Below the pieces are notes generated by a model. The model saw only the letters and a list, made by a program, of their open reading frames with translations. It did no database searches and was not told the DNA's origin. Shown here one piece after another: positions 12,674 to 24,753 of a stretch of DNA of 64,000 nt (positions are counted from its first letter, which is position 1; each line of letters begins with the position of its first letter). The position numbers and the translations under genes were made by a program. The DNA comes from Paragordius varius. Lineage: Eukaryota; Animalia; Nematomorpha. Where the stretch lies: assembly GCA_964247055.1 (NCBI GenBank), contig OZ176057.1, positions 6,200,001 through 6,264,000 of the forward strand, written 5' to 3'.

Positions 12674-15086
12674 TCAAATCTCTTCTTTACACAATTGCAT
12701 TTGGAATTTCTAATATTTTTAGTAAAATAATAAAAATGATATGATACCAAAACCATTTCCGAATCGAAATTAATTACAATTACATAAATATAATAAATAA
12801 ATATTGTCGTTTTATTATATACCATCTTTTCAGTTAAAATGCAACTTTTTCAACACTATTTATGTTGTTTTACATGAAAAATGTTTGAAAATATGTTCTT
12901 TTGACTGAAAAATGGTGTATTAAGAATTTATTCATAATCGAAATTCGTCCTCAATAATGTTAACTTCTAACTATTTTATAATTTAAATTATTTTAATATA
13001 TTTTTATGTATTAAACATATTTTTGAAAAAAATAAAATTCAAAATATCTAATTAAATAAATACCATCAATTGACATGCCAAATCTTGCAAGTTAGTTTCA
13101 GCCCTTATCCTTTTTTGTACATCGTAGAGCTAATACGTTAAAAGTTATAGTAAAAATTGGAATATATAGATAAAACGAAATAACTATACAATTTTTATTC
13201 AAAAGGCATCCTCTTATCTATACAGATTAAGGAATTTATATTATAACTCTATTCGCAGTTAGGCTTCAAAAAATCAAGGAATAATAAAGTAACTGGTTAT
13301 CTTTCATTTAGTAAAAAATATGATATCATCAAATATAATGATGATTTTTACTGTAAAAATATTCTTTTTTTAAAAAAATCTAAATGAATTTTTTCACTTC
13401 ATTTATAGTAACTAAGGGGACATAGTTGTGTTCATCCAGTAAAAGTTTTGTCCTTTGACCATTTCTACGGAGTGCGTGAGTTACTTGTTTAGACTCGGCA
13501 CAGATTTCAAGCTCCTCGTAATCAAAATTAAAAGTTTGACTACACTGAAATATATTTATGAATATATAAATATTTAATATAATGGTAAAATTAAAAATAT
13601 ACGGACAAAACGTAAAAATATAAAGGCAATTATTTTTATCTAAAAGACAATCCTAATTTTTTAAACTTTTTTTCTTATATAGGCTATTTAATCCGAACTC
13701 TTAAAGTGTAGAATCAATTGTGTTAGTAATATATGTCTCTATTTCACACTGTGCCATTTTTTTATATAAAAAAACAAGATTCAAAAAGTATGGTTGTCTT
13801 TTAGAAAAAAAATTTGTTTTTATATTTATACGTTTTTCCGTCTTTCAGTTATTACTATATAAATATATATATAAACTGTGGAAAAGAAGATGGTCATTTC
13901 GATCTAACAAAAATTTTTTTTTCATATAGCTTATTACCAGCAAATTCATCCGCAAAAATTATTATTTGTTGACAACCTAGTTTTTGAAATATTGAGAGAA
14001 AAGAAATCGGCCAAAAAGTGAAAAATAAGGATAATTCAAAAAATAATGATAAAATTTGAAATATTATGGTTTAATATCATTTTAGGAGATTTAATATTAA
14101 ACAGCCTAAAATTATATAGTGGGTTTCTATAAAATTTAAGCTCAAAAGATGGCGTTTTCCTTTTATTACACTCAAAAGATATAAAAAAATTTAATGAAAC
14201 TATATTAAAATAATTTTTTTAAATATTTACTACCTAAACTCACTATTAAAATCTTAATTTGATATTTTATTCAGTAAAAAAACTTCTATAATAAATAAAA
14301 CCAAAATATTGTTTTTTATTTTTGCATTTTTTGTCATCTGGTTTATAAGTGTATAAAAAATTTATACTGTTTTATTTTGGATTACATTAGTAGGAATATT
14401 TAGTATATAATTTATGCAAAATAGGATTAAAAAGTAGTGGAATATGAACCATCAATCCTTACGAATTCCTGTAAAAGTCTGTTTTATGACAAACTTATAT
14501 TTGTATTGGGATTTGTTCGAATTTTTTGTTGATATTCCACTAATTTTATATCCAATTTTGCATAAATTATATACTTAAAATTCGTACTCATGTAAGATTC
14601 CAAAATAAAACAGTATAAATTTTTTATACACTCAACCAGATGACAAAAAAATCTAAAATAAAAAACAATATTTTTTGGTTTAATTTTGATATAGAAAAAT
14701 AAATAATGAATGTTTAGATTTTAATAGTTAGTTTAGGTAGTGAATAATTAAACAAATTATTTTAATTTCATTAATTTTTTTGTCATTTGAGTGTGATAAA
14801 AGGAAGAAGCCATCTTTTGAGCTTATATTTTATAGAAACCCTAACTATATGATTTTAGGCTGTTTATATATTGAAAATATCTCCTAAAATGATAATAAAC
14901 CATAATATTTTAAATTTTATCATTATTTGAATAATCCTTAATTATTCTTATTTTTATATTTTTTGGCCTATTTCGCTTTTCTCTCAATTCAAAAACTAGT
15001 TTGTCAACAAATAATAATTTTTGCGGCATATGAATTCGCTGGTCATAAGCTATCTCATTTTTTTTGTTAAATTTTTTTTGCACACA

Positions 15087-15139
<53 letters not shown>

Positions 15140-18100
15140 AAAAATTAGGATAAAATACAGCTAAAGGGTATTTTAACTGTATAAAACAAATGGAATTTTT
15201 TAATTTAGACATATTGGTGAAATAAGTAAAATTTGAATTACACAACAGACAAAACTTAAAAACATAAATACATATATTTTTTTAAAAATGTTGACCGCCG
15301 TACTTTTTATATCATTTCTAACTTTTTTCATAAATTGCAAAGCATGAATAATGAGATTTAAATTAATAACTTTATTTGTAGTTATATATTTTAAAATTGT
15401 AATTATATAATATAAGAATAAATTAATCTTTAAGAAATTTCGGTGGTCTCTCATGAAGAGATTGAGTTCTTACTATTTGACTGTATAATTCGAATTTTGA
15501 ATGTACGTTTTATGTAAGGATTTCATGGGGAAAAATATTATATTTGAGTTTTGTAATTAATTTTTAAGTGTTAATACATTCTATTTTAAGGTGAATACGG
15601 CTTTTATGCTTAAAAGCTAAACGCTTATTTTTACGTGTGGATTCGGATAAATAAAGTGTGGTATAATACTATCAAATTATACTTTATGTTTAAAGCAAAC
15701 CTATTTGTGAATATTAAATTAATCTGTTTAAATGTTTGGATCATTAAAAAATTTGGCCTTGAAATTGATCGATTTTATGCATTAAAACATAAAACTGCAA
15801 ATTTTTTTATTACCCATATTTTTACAAACGAATTCTAAAATGCGTAATTTAATTGACAGAGAGCTTGTTTAATTAGTAAATTTTAACAAATTTACAGAAA
15901 AAGTTTAAATCAAGTTTAGCCGAGTATAATATAAGACAAGGAATAACTAATTAGTTTACGTTTTTTAGACCCAATCTTAAGTTTGAGAACCCAAATGTAC
16001 AAGCGATAAAGCCTTCGGCATCCCCGGCTTTTCTTAAGTTTCCATACAGTGCACAAGTCTATACAATACAAAAGAATAAGATTTATATGCAAATAAACAA
16101 TTAACCCTCACGAAATATTCTAAGTTGTAAAATTTAAACTGTATAATATGATTTACAAAATGGAAGATGGATTTGTTAAATGTTGCAATTCTTTAATAAA
16201 TAGATTTATGTTTTAAAGAGTTTGCAATTACATATTTATAAATATAATTTTACCAAGTTTAAAATTATATCGCTAGGGACACGTTTCGAAGTCCCTTATT
16301 TAAAAAATTATTTTTCATAATAGAAATATAAAATTGATAATTTTCTAAATATTATTAAAAATATATATATATATATATATATAATGCGTCCGAGATGGTT
16401 GACATAAAATTACCTCTATTTTTACAAAATATTAATAAAGTAAAAAAAAATTCAAAAAATAAAATTACATGCCACATATTTCCAACGCATTCCTCGTTCC
16501 CGTGATGGCACTTGAAATTGTATCGATCGGTTGAGTTATCGTAAGTTTCCTTAAAGAGCAAATAATATAAAAAAAGATGTCTAATTTTAGAATGAAATTA
16601 TATACAGAAGACAAAACGTAAGGACAAATTTTTTTTCTAAAAGACAAAAATTGTGAAATATGTAATTGATTATACATCTCTATCTCATGAATTTTAAAGA
16701 ATTATTATATCTAATAAAATACTAAAATATTTTTAAAAAATAATGTATGTCTTTATATTTTTCCGCTTTTTCCGTATTTCAATTTTTACTGTAAAAAAAT
16801 TATTTTTACATTAAATATTAGGTTAAACAAAACCCATATTTGTTTGATTTCTAATTTTGCTTATATAAATTACCTAATTCAATTGTGACAAATGTAATTG
16901 ATAAGTTACCAACATACATCTCTATCTCTGAATTTCATAGAATTATTATATCTAATAAAATTAAAATCTTTTCTAGAAAATAATGTTTGTCTTTATATTT
17001 TTCCGTTTTTTCCGTATTGCCATTTTTACTGTAAAAAAATTATTTTGACATTAATTATTAAGAATAAAAAAATTACTGAAGATTTCCCATAAGGCCAAAA
17101 TCGGAAGGATATGAGTTTGCGTATCTCTTCAGTTTCATTCCTGAGTTTTTGAATAAATGGCCACACCTATAAAAATTTTATTAGTATTAAAGTATTTTAG
17201 CTAAAATTATTCACTAAATTACACTAAAAATTTAAATTTTACGGACAAAATGTAAACATATAAAAAACAAATTTTTTTTAAAAAGACAACCATACTTTTT
17301 ATTATTCTATAAAATACATTTAAATACAATCGTATAACACATAATTGATTGTGTTAGCAATTTACATTTCTATATTATACTTTGTAGTTTATAACAATGA
17401 GTTATATTTAGAAAAATTAAGTTTCAAAGTATGGTTATCTTTTAGAAAAAAATATTTGTCTTAATTTACGTTTTGTCCGTATTATATCAGTTTTTACATT
17501 CGGAATTAGAATACATAGTTAACAGAGTTTAAATATAGAATAATTTTTTGCAAATGGAAACTCTTTGTGTGAAACATGTATTTAGAACAGGGGAATTTTA
17601 AAAATTGGAAATAAAGGATAATATTAAATTATATTTTATAGTTGATATTTAACTTTTTACTGAGTATATAATATCTATTTTTTGATTATTGTATTTAGAT
17701 TGAATTACAATTATATGTTGTTAACATATTAATTATCATATAAAGTGCTTTACAATTTTCAAAATTAAAGTAAACATTATAAAATCATTTTGATTGCCGG
17801 TATAACAAGGGAATATTTGAGTGTGTTCTATCTCTGATCTCTTTTTGCAAAACCCAAAAGAGATTAGGGGAATTAAAATATGTTTATTTGTAAAACTTAT
17901 TACAGTCATGTCTATATAGAATTGTCAGAAATTCGTATTTAAATGATTATAATTTTTTTTTAATTGTTTTGATGTTTGATATGTCAACTTTCAACATGCG
18001 CATTTTTAAGCCTTAAAATAATAGTAGCCTATTTATTGTAAGAATTTTTAATTTATAATTAAAAGATATTGCAAAATATTATTCTTGATGCACAACATGC

Positions 18101-21040
18101 GCATATTGTAATTTTTATCTTTTGTAAAATATTAATTATAAAATTTTATTAATAAAGTTTAAACACACATAACCAAAATATAATTTAAAAGATAAAAATA
18201 TTTATTGATTATAATATTTAAATAAATTTATAATTGTTTTCATTTTCTAGGGGTTTTCTTTGCATACATTCCAACAAAATATGTGAAGAAAAATTATAAT
18301 AATTTTTTAGATTTTTTTCCCTTCTCTCTTCGCAAAGTCTTGCAATTTTATTATGTTGCTCTAGAGGGGTACTACACCGGGGTTTTTTATCATATTGATG
18401 TTTAATCTCATGAAAAAAACATTCAATGGGATTCAGTTGTGGCGAATATGGAGGTAAATAAACTATTTTATTCCTTAGCTCACCTAACACCGCGGCTTTG
18501 TGAATAGGTGCATTATCGCAAACTATTATTGAACTTTCAGGAATTCTTGTTAAACATTCCGTCAAAAAAATTCGAAAATCATCGCCTCTAAAGGCGCCTT
18601 CTTTTGTTCTGTAATTAATAACTCCCTGACAACCAATCATACATATCAATGAAACATTTTTTCCTAAAATAAATTCAAATTTTACCTTTGTTAAATCCCT
18701 CTACAATAGGAGATTTACCCTTTGGAGCTCTACCCCATATATTTTTAAGTTTCAAACTGAAGCCTGACTCATCAATAAAAAAAACTTTTTCCTGTGGAAT
18801 ATCTTTCACCAATCTGGCATAATTATAACGCTTTTCTATATTCTCTGGGGTGTTTCGTTCCCGAGGTTGTAAAATACACCTCTTTCGAGTAATTTCTGAA
18901 TCCGAGAGAATTTTGTAAATAGTTGTTCTGCATACTTTAATATGGTCTGGTATTTGTTTCATTATTTCATCGATTGTTAATTCACAATCATTGTTTATTA
19001 ATCTTTTGACAGCATCTATTATTTCTGGATTTCTGAATTTGTTACGCCGACCAGATTTATTTCTATCAGTAGAATTCCCAAGAATTATTTTTCTTCTTAA
19101 TATATTTATAGATGTTAAGGACATATCAAAATAATCCAAAAAATAATTTGAGGGTTTTTCCAAATTTTTGGGATCAAAAAATAATTTTTTAGCTCTATCT
19201 ATTTTTTCCTTATTCCAAAAATTATGTTCTAAAATTTAAAAATATTAATACTTTTATGTTTTATTTTTTCACGAGATAATTCATTTTCATTCAATGGAAC
19301 ATCCAAATCAGATACTACGAATTGTTATTTTTAAATACTTGAAGACTCTTCACTTGTATCCGATTCAAAAGTATAAACTGAGGGAGCTATGTTTTCCTTT
19401 AATATTGGATTTTGTTCTCAATTTTTATTTTTTAATATAAACCTTCAAGTACACTAGCTGCCGAGCAAAGAAGAAATAATGGGTTATCGTTGATATTCAT
19501 AATTTTTTAAAATAACTCTAGATTTATGATTTATTTCTTTATATATATAGAGATTAAATGGACATCTGCTTGGGTTTTCTTATATATTTTAAGTGCATGT
19601 TAAAAACCCCTAGAAAATGAAAACATATATTAAACTTGGTTATCATAAATTACATGAGCATGTTGTAGATAAAATGTTCAAGAATAATATTTTGCAACAT
19701 CTTTTAATTATAAATTAAAAATTCTTACACTAAATAGGCTATTATTATTTTAAGGCTTAAAAATGCGCATGTTGAAAGTTGACATATCAAACATCAAAAC
19801 AATTAAAAAAAAATTATAATCATTTAAATAAAAATTTCTGACAATTCTATATAGACATGACTGTATAACATCTATAATTTTTATGTTTATCAATCTATAT
19901 TTGTAATTAGTGGTTAAATTGTGAGACATATTTGAATTGAAAATCAATAGATATTCTTTAAATTCTAAAATTAATAATATTGGACAACAGTTTTGTCCTT
20001 TATTAACTTTGGATGTTATACAGTAGCGTATTGAGTAAAACAATATTAGTCCATAGAAGAATAAAAAAATGTTTTTTTACAAAAACAAGCCTACTTGTAT
20101 ATTCACATAACTATAATAATATTCCCTTGTTTTTTTTTAAAAAAAACTTAATTTTATTCTATTATGGGCTAATAATGTTTTATCTGTATAAAATCACATT
20201 TCAATTTCAGTTAAATATCAGCAATATACAATTTAGATTGTTAAATATCCTAGAAATATTTTAAATTTCCCACATTTTAAAGTTCCATAAACGAAATTCG
20301 ATGAAAACAAAACTTTAAAATATTTTTAAAAGACATAATTTTTATTATTTTTCCCATATAATTTATCTTACAAATGTAAAATATATAGAGTAGCGTATGG
20401 CATAAAACATTTTTAGTTAATAAAAGAATAAAAAAATGTTTTTTAAAATAACAACATTCTTTCATTAGGGACTAATTTGTTTTATATCATACGCCACTGC
20501 AAATTAATGTGCTACCAATTTACATTTTTATTTCTACTTTGCAATTTAAAATAATGAGTGCAGATAACAAACAATATTTTAAAAATGTACAATGCTTATT
20601 TAAGTAAAGGTGATGTCTTTATGTATTTTACGTTTTGTCTATGGTATATTTTTAATTTTATAGTCAAAAATATTGCTATATATTCTAATTTATACCTGTG
20701 TCACTATAAGCCTTCTACTGTCCGGACATAGAGATTCATAATAAATGTCTAAAATAATTGGGGTTGTATATTCAATTTTTGCATCAGAGCTACTTTCATC
20801 GGCCTTTACACCAGAAGATTTTAAGGAACTTTCGTTAAATGTTTGCTTTTTCGTTTCAGTTTTAACTGTAAAATTCGTTTTAGCTGGTGTTTTTATCTTG
20901 GTATTATTAATGGTTTCTGATGAAGCAATATTAGATATTCTTTTATGCTGACCTGCGGATATATTTTCTTTGGGGATTAAAGAGTTATTTTGGCCCGCGA
21001 CTAATGTTAAACCAACAAACAAAGTTATCAAAATTATCAT
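12674..21040 (-). CDS. GILT: GILT-like (gamma-interferon-inducible lysosomal thiol reductase) protein (exons 21040-20696, 17166-17077, 16549-16469, 16058-15960, 13544-13398, 13129-13064, 12709-12674)
   Basis: Signal peptide MIILITLFVGLTLVAG, active site YYESLCPDS (CXXS), then PYGK, FKCHHGNEECVGN, and YVPLVTINE. Six phase-0 GT-AG introns give a stop-free ORF. Confidence 0.92.
13580..13857. mobile_element. MITE family C copy in GILT intron 4
   Basis: Both arms recognisable. Confidence 0.8.
13874..15089. mobile_element. ~1.2-kb hairpin (foldback/MITE) element with CACTGTG-type ends next to (TA)n, in GILT intron 4
   Basis: The two arms (~550 bp each) are reverse complements; CACAGTG end followed by a long (TA)n tract. 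Confidence 0.88.
15090..15137. repeat. (TA)n microsatellite; others at ~8585-8610, 16360-16383, 23506-23533 and 62250-62295
   Basis: Read directly. Confidence 0.95.
16600..17030. mobile_element. MITE family C remnant with a tandemly duplicated right half, GILT intron 2
   Basis: tatacatctctatctc..GAATT...GTCTTTATATTTTTCCG..TTTTTACTGTA occurs at ~16670-16790 and ~16915-17030. Confidence 0.7.
17222..17497. mobile_element. MITE family C copy in GILT intron 1
   Basis: Both arms recognisable. Confidence 0.82.
17903..19863 (-). mobile_element. IS630-Tc1-mariner DNA transposon, family A, apparently intact, in GILT intron 1
   Basis: TA duplication (17901-02, 19864-65). Ends are CAGTCATGTCTATATAGAATTGTCAGAAATT and its reverse complement. 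Long imperfect TIRs of ~260-350 bp. Encodes a transposase. Confidence 0.95.
18218..19500 (-). CDS. DD30E IS630/Tc1-like transposase, 395 aa after removing four micro-introns (exons 19500-19443, 19416-19339, 19314-19252, 19228-18686, 18663-18218)
   Basis: Motifs FIDESGF, VCDNAPIH, LPPYSPQLNPIECFF and an HTH-like region (TIDEI...VCRTTIYKIL). Exons of 58+78+63+543+446 = 1188 nt give a stop-free ORF. The introns (26, 24, 23, 22 nt) are all GT-AG and phase 1. Confidence 0.85.
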
Positions 21041-23500
21041 TTAAGGGTTGTTTAATTAGGAAAAATTGGAGATTTAAGGATAGGAATTGGCTTTTTTAAA
21101 TATGAAATAAAGGGTGAATTTTGTTAATAATCTTCTTAAATTTGCCAAAATTTGTGAAGATGAAATAGTGTATAATAAAATTTGGATATAATCAAATTAG
21201 AAAAAATAAGTAAGTAGATAAGCGATATATTGTTTTTATAAACCTCAAAAAGTATAATTTTTATAAATAGTATAACTAGCTACCTACATTTTTTATCTAT
21301 ATATTTATCTATAATAATGTACATGACCCTTTTTTATGTATGTTAAATATAGATAAGAGCTCATCATTTTTTTTATCTCTTTTTTATTTTATATATTTTA
21401 AAAGTTCAAGTATACATTTAATCCGATAGATAGTAAAATGACCATACACATATTTATTTAAAAATTTTTTATTTACGACAAATAATATAAAACCAAAGAT
21501 TCCACCATAAATTTTAAATAAAAAGTGGATTTTTTTCGAACCTTATATTTAAAACAGCAGCTGAAATTACAAATAATAAGCAAAAAAATATTGATTTAAT
21601 GCCATATTAGAAATGGAAATTATAAAAAGATGGTATAAATATAAAATTTGCATAACTAAAATTGTTAGTTTTGGTTGTTAGTATAAATATTATATTTAAA
21701 GCATTTAACAATTTAACAAATATGTTTGTTCAAGATCGCAATTAAATAATTGATTAACTAAACCAGCAGTTTTAATATAGCTGTGTGGCACTGATAAAAC
21801 ACGCTATATAGTTATAATAATTACCAAGTTATTAATAACGACAACAAATTTGGCTTTTTAAACTGCCATTCTAATAAATTTAAAAAGTATTTCATTAAAG
21901 TACATAAGTATATCTGAAAATAAAATTGGTCGAACTCTTAAGAATTTTTTATTAGCGTTTATCGAGTATTTTTGGTCGATTTAATAATCAAAATTTAAAT
22001 TAACAATTTTAGTTAGAGAGCCATATATATTATTCGAATGAGCGCAAAAAACTGTATCTTCGAATGGTGTGGTTTGTCATTTAAAACAATTTGATGTGAG
22101 TTATTCGAATTTATATCGTTAAAATTTTTCAACCCTTATATAAAACATAAATTTTTAAAATTAATTTAAAAATAATATAATTTAATTTAGAATTATTGTT
22201 ACATTATAGAATTAAAAAAAAACTTTAAAAAAGATGTTGGTTTGCTTTTTTAATCAATTTAACCTAGATACTAAAATACATATAAACTGTAATTGGTTAT
22301 AAAAGATCAATAATACCTTAACCTATATTTTTAGTCTTTAAATATATTTCCAAAGAAAATAAATTAACATTGATGTAATTTTTAAACATGAAATTAAAAA
22401 TAGCTGTTTTAGACATAAAAGTAATTAATAAGTATTTATCTTTCTTGTCTTTTTTGGACATTCATTGACATCTAGACAAAGTTTGAGCTATTTTCATCCA
22501 TTAGTTTTAAAAATATAATAATTTAAAAAAACGCTCTCACTTCGCGCGTTTGTCGCTTCCATATATATTGACTATCGATGTAATATTAGTATGCATAGAG
22601 TTCTTTACTCTTTGAAATGATATATTACAAATGGGCATTCGCTGTATATTTTCAAAGAAAAACAAGGTATTTTAGATAAAGAGAGCGTTCAATTATAAAT
22701 CAAATTGAAAATTTTATATGGTAAAATTATAATTTATATTTCAGTTAACTGTTAGAATGATAGTAAATATTATAAAATAAAACTGGCGTGGCAGAAAAAA
22801 TTGTTGTTTAATGTAATTATTAATTTCAATAATAAATTTTATTCATTAAGTATTATTCCCCCTATATAAAATTTTAACTAAAATTTTTTAAAAGTTTAGA
22901 TAACAAGATGTTTTTGACATAAAATGGTTCATAAATGCGCGATTTTATTAAATTAATAATTGATTTGAAAATCAAAATAACATATGTCAATGTATTTGTA
23001 AAGTACTTTTTTGCCATTATGCAATTGGAAAAACGCATTTTACAATCCGATATTTTAATAAATATCTGTCCACGATTAAAAGCCGGTTTACTGCCTCTAT
23101 AAATAAGATCTTGTAAAAAGCCACTCAGATCAACGGTTTAGAAATGACTAAATCATGTTTTTCTAACTAATACGGTAAACGAAATCATACGGGCAAAAAG
23201 AACAAATAAAAAGAATAATAATTTTTTAAAAGTGTAAAAGGTAACAAAAGTATAAGTCGTAAAACTTGAGAGAAATTATTCGGTTTTTTGTACTCTATAT
23301 ATATTATTTTTAAATGAACATAATTTGCATTATAACAATAAATTTTCGAGTAATAAATGGATATGATTTTACATAATATAAAAATAAGACAATGCAAATC
23401 TCACCAAAAATATAGCATACATACAAAATATATATTTAAAATTTGCAAAAAGATATCTATATAATCTTGTTTTTTTAATATAACTCATTGTTTACAATGT

Positions 23501-23532
<32 letters not shown>

Positions 23533-23534
<2 letters not shown>

Positions 23535-24750
23535 CTGTGAGCAAAAAGAGGGTCATTTTGATTTAACGAAATTTTTTTTAATGTGATAGCTTTTAACGAG
23601 CTAATTTTCCGGCAATTTTTTTTATTTGTTAACAACTTAGTTTTTAAAATATTCAGCGAAAATCAAAATTCAAAAATTAAAGGTTAATTGAGGATAATTC
23701 AAAAAATATTGATAGAGTTTGAGATATTATGGTTTATTATCATGTAAGGATAAATTATCAATATATCAATAGCCTAAAATCAAATAGTTAGGATTTCTAT
23801 AAAATTTGAGCTCAAAAGATGGCTTCTTTTAACACACTATTAAAAATTATTTAAGCACTCTACTTATATTTACTTTTTATTTATTTAATACCTAAACTCA
23901 CTAAAATCTTAACATTCATATTTTTTCAGTATATATCAAAATAAAACCAAAAATATTTTTTTTTAATTTATACATTTTTTTGTCATCCGGTTTATGAATG
24001 TATAAAAAATTTATACTGTTTTATTTTGGAATCTTACATGAGTGGCAATTATTAAGTATACAATTTATGCAAAATAAAATTTAAAAATTGTCGAATATCC
24101 ACCAACAATCCTTACAAATCCCTGTAACAAGTCTGTTTTAAGACAAACTAATATTTTTATTGGGATTCGTACGGATTGTTGATGGATCCACTACTTTTAA
24201 ATCCTATTTTGAATAAATTATATACTTAATAATTCCAACTCATGTAAGATTCCAAAATCAAACAGTATAAATTTTTTATACATTCATAAACCAGATGACA
24301 AAAAATGTAATTAAAAAAAATATTTTGGGTTTTATTTTGATATAGTTTTTTTACTGAATAAAATATGTTAAGATTTTAATAGTGAGTTTAGGTAAATAAT
24401 TGAAAATAATTATTTAAATATAGTTTCATTAAAATATTTTGTCTTTTAAGTGTGTTAAAGAAAAACGCCATTTTTTGAGCTGAAATTTTATAACCCTAAC
24501 TATATAATTTTAGTCTATTTATATATTAAAAATAAAATCCTTAAATGATAATCCTCAAACTTTATTAATATTTTTTGAATTATCCTCAATTAAACTTAAT
24601 TTTCGCTTTATGCACGATTTTTATTTTCTCTTAATATTTCAAAACTAAGTTATTAACAAATAAAAAAATGCGGGAAATGAATTAGCTCGTTATAAGCTAT
24701 CACATAAAAAAAAATTTTCAAATCAAAATGACCCTCTTTTTTGCACAATT
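23533..24750. mobile_element. Second copy of the ~1.2-kb hairpin element
   Basis: Collinear with 13874-15089 and preceded by (TA)n. Confidence 0.88.
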
Positions 24751-24753
24751 ATA

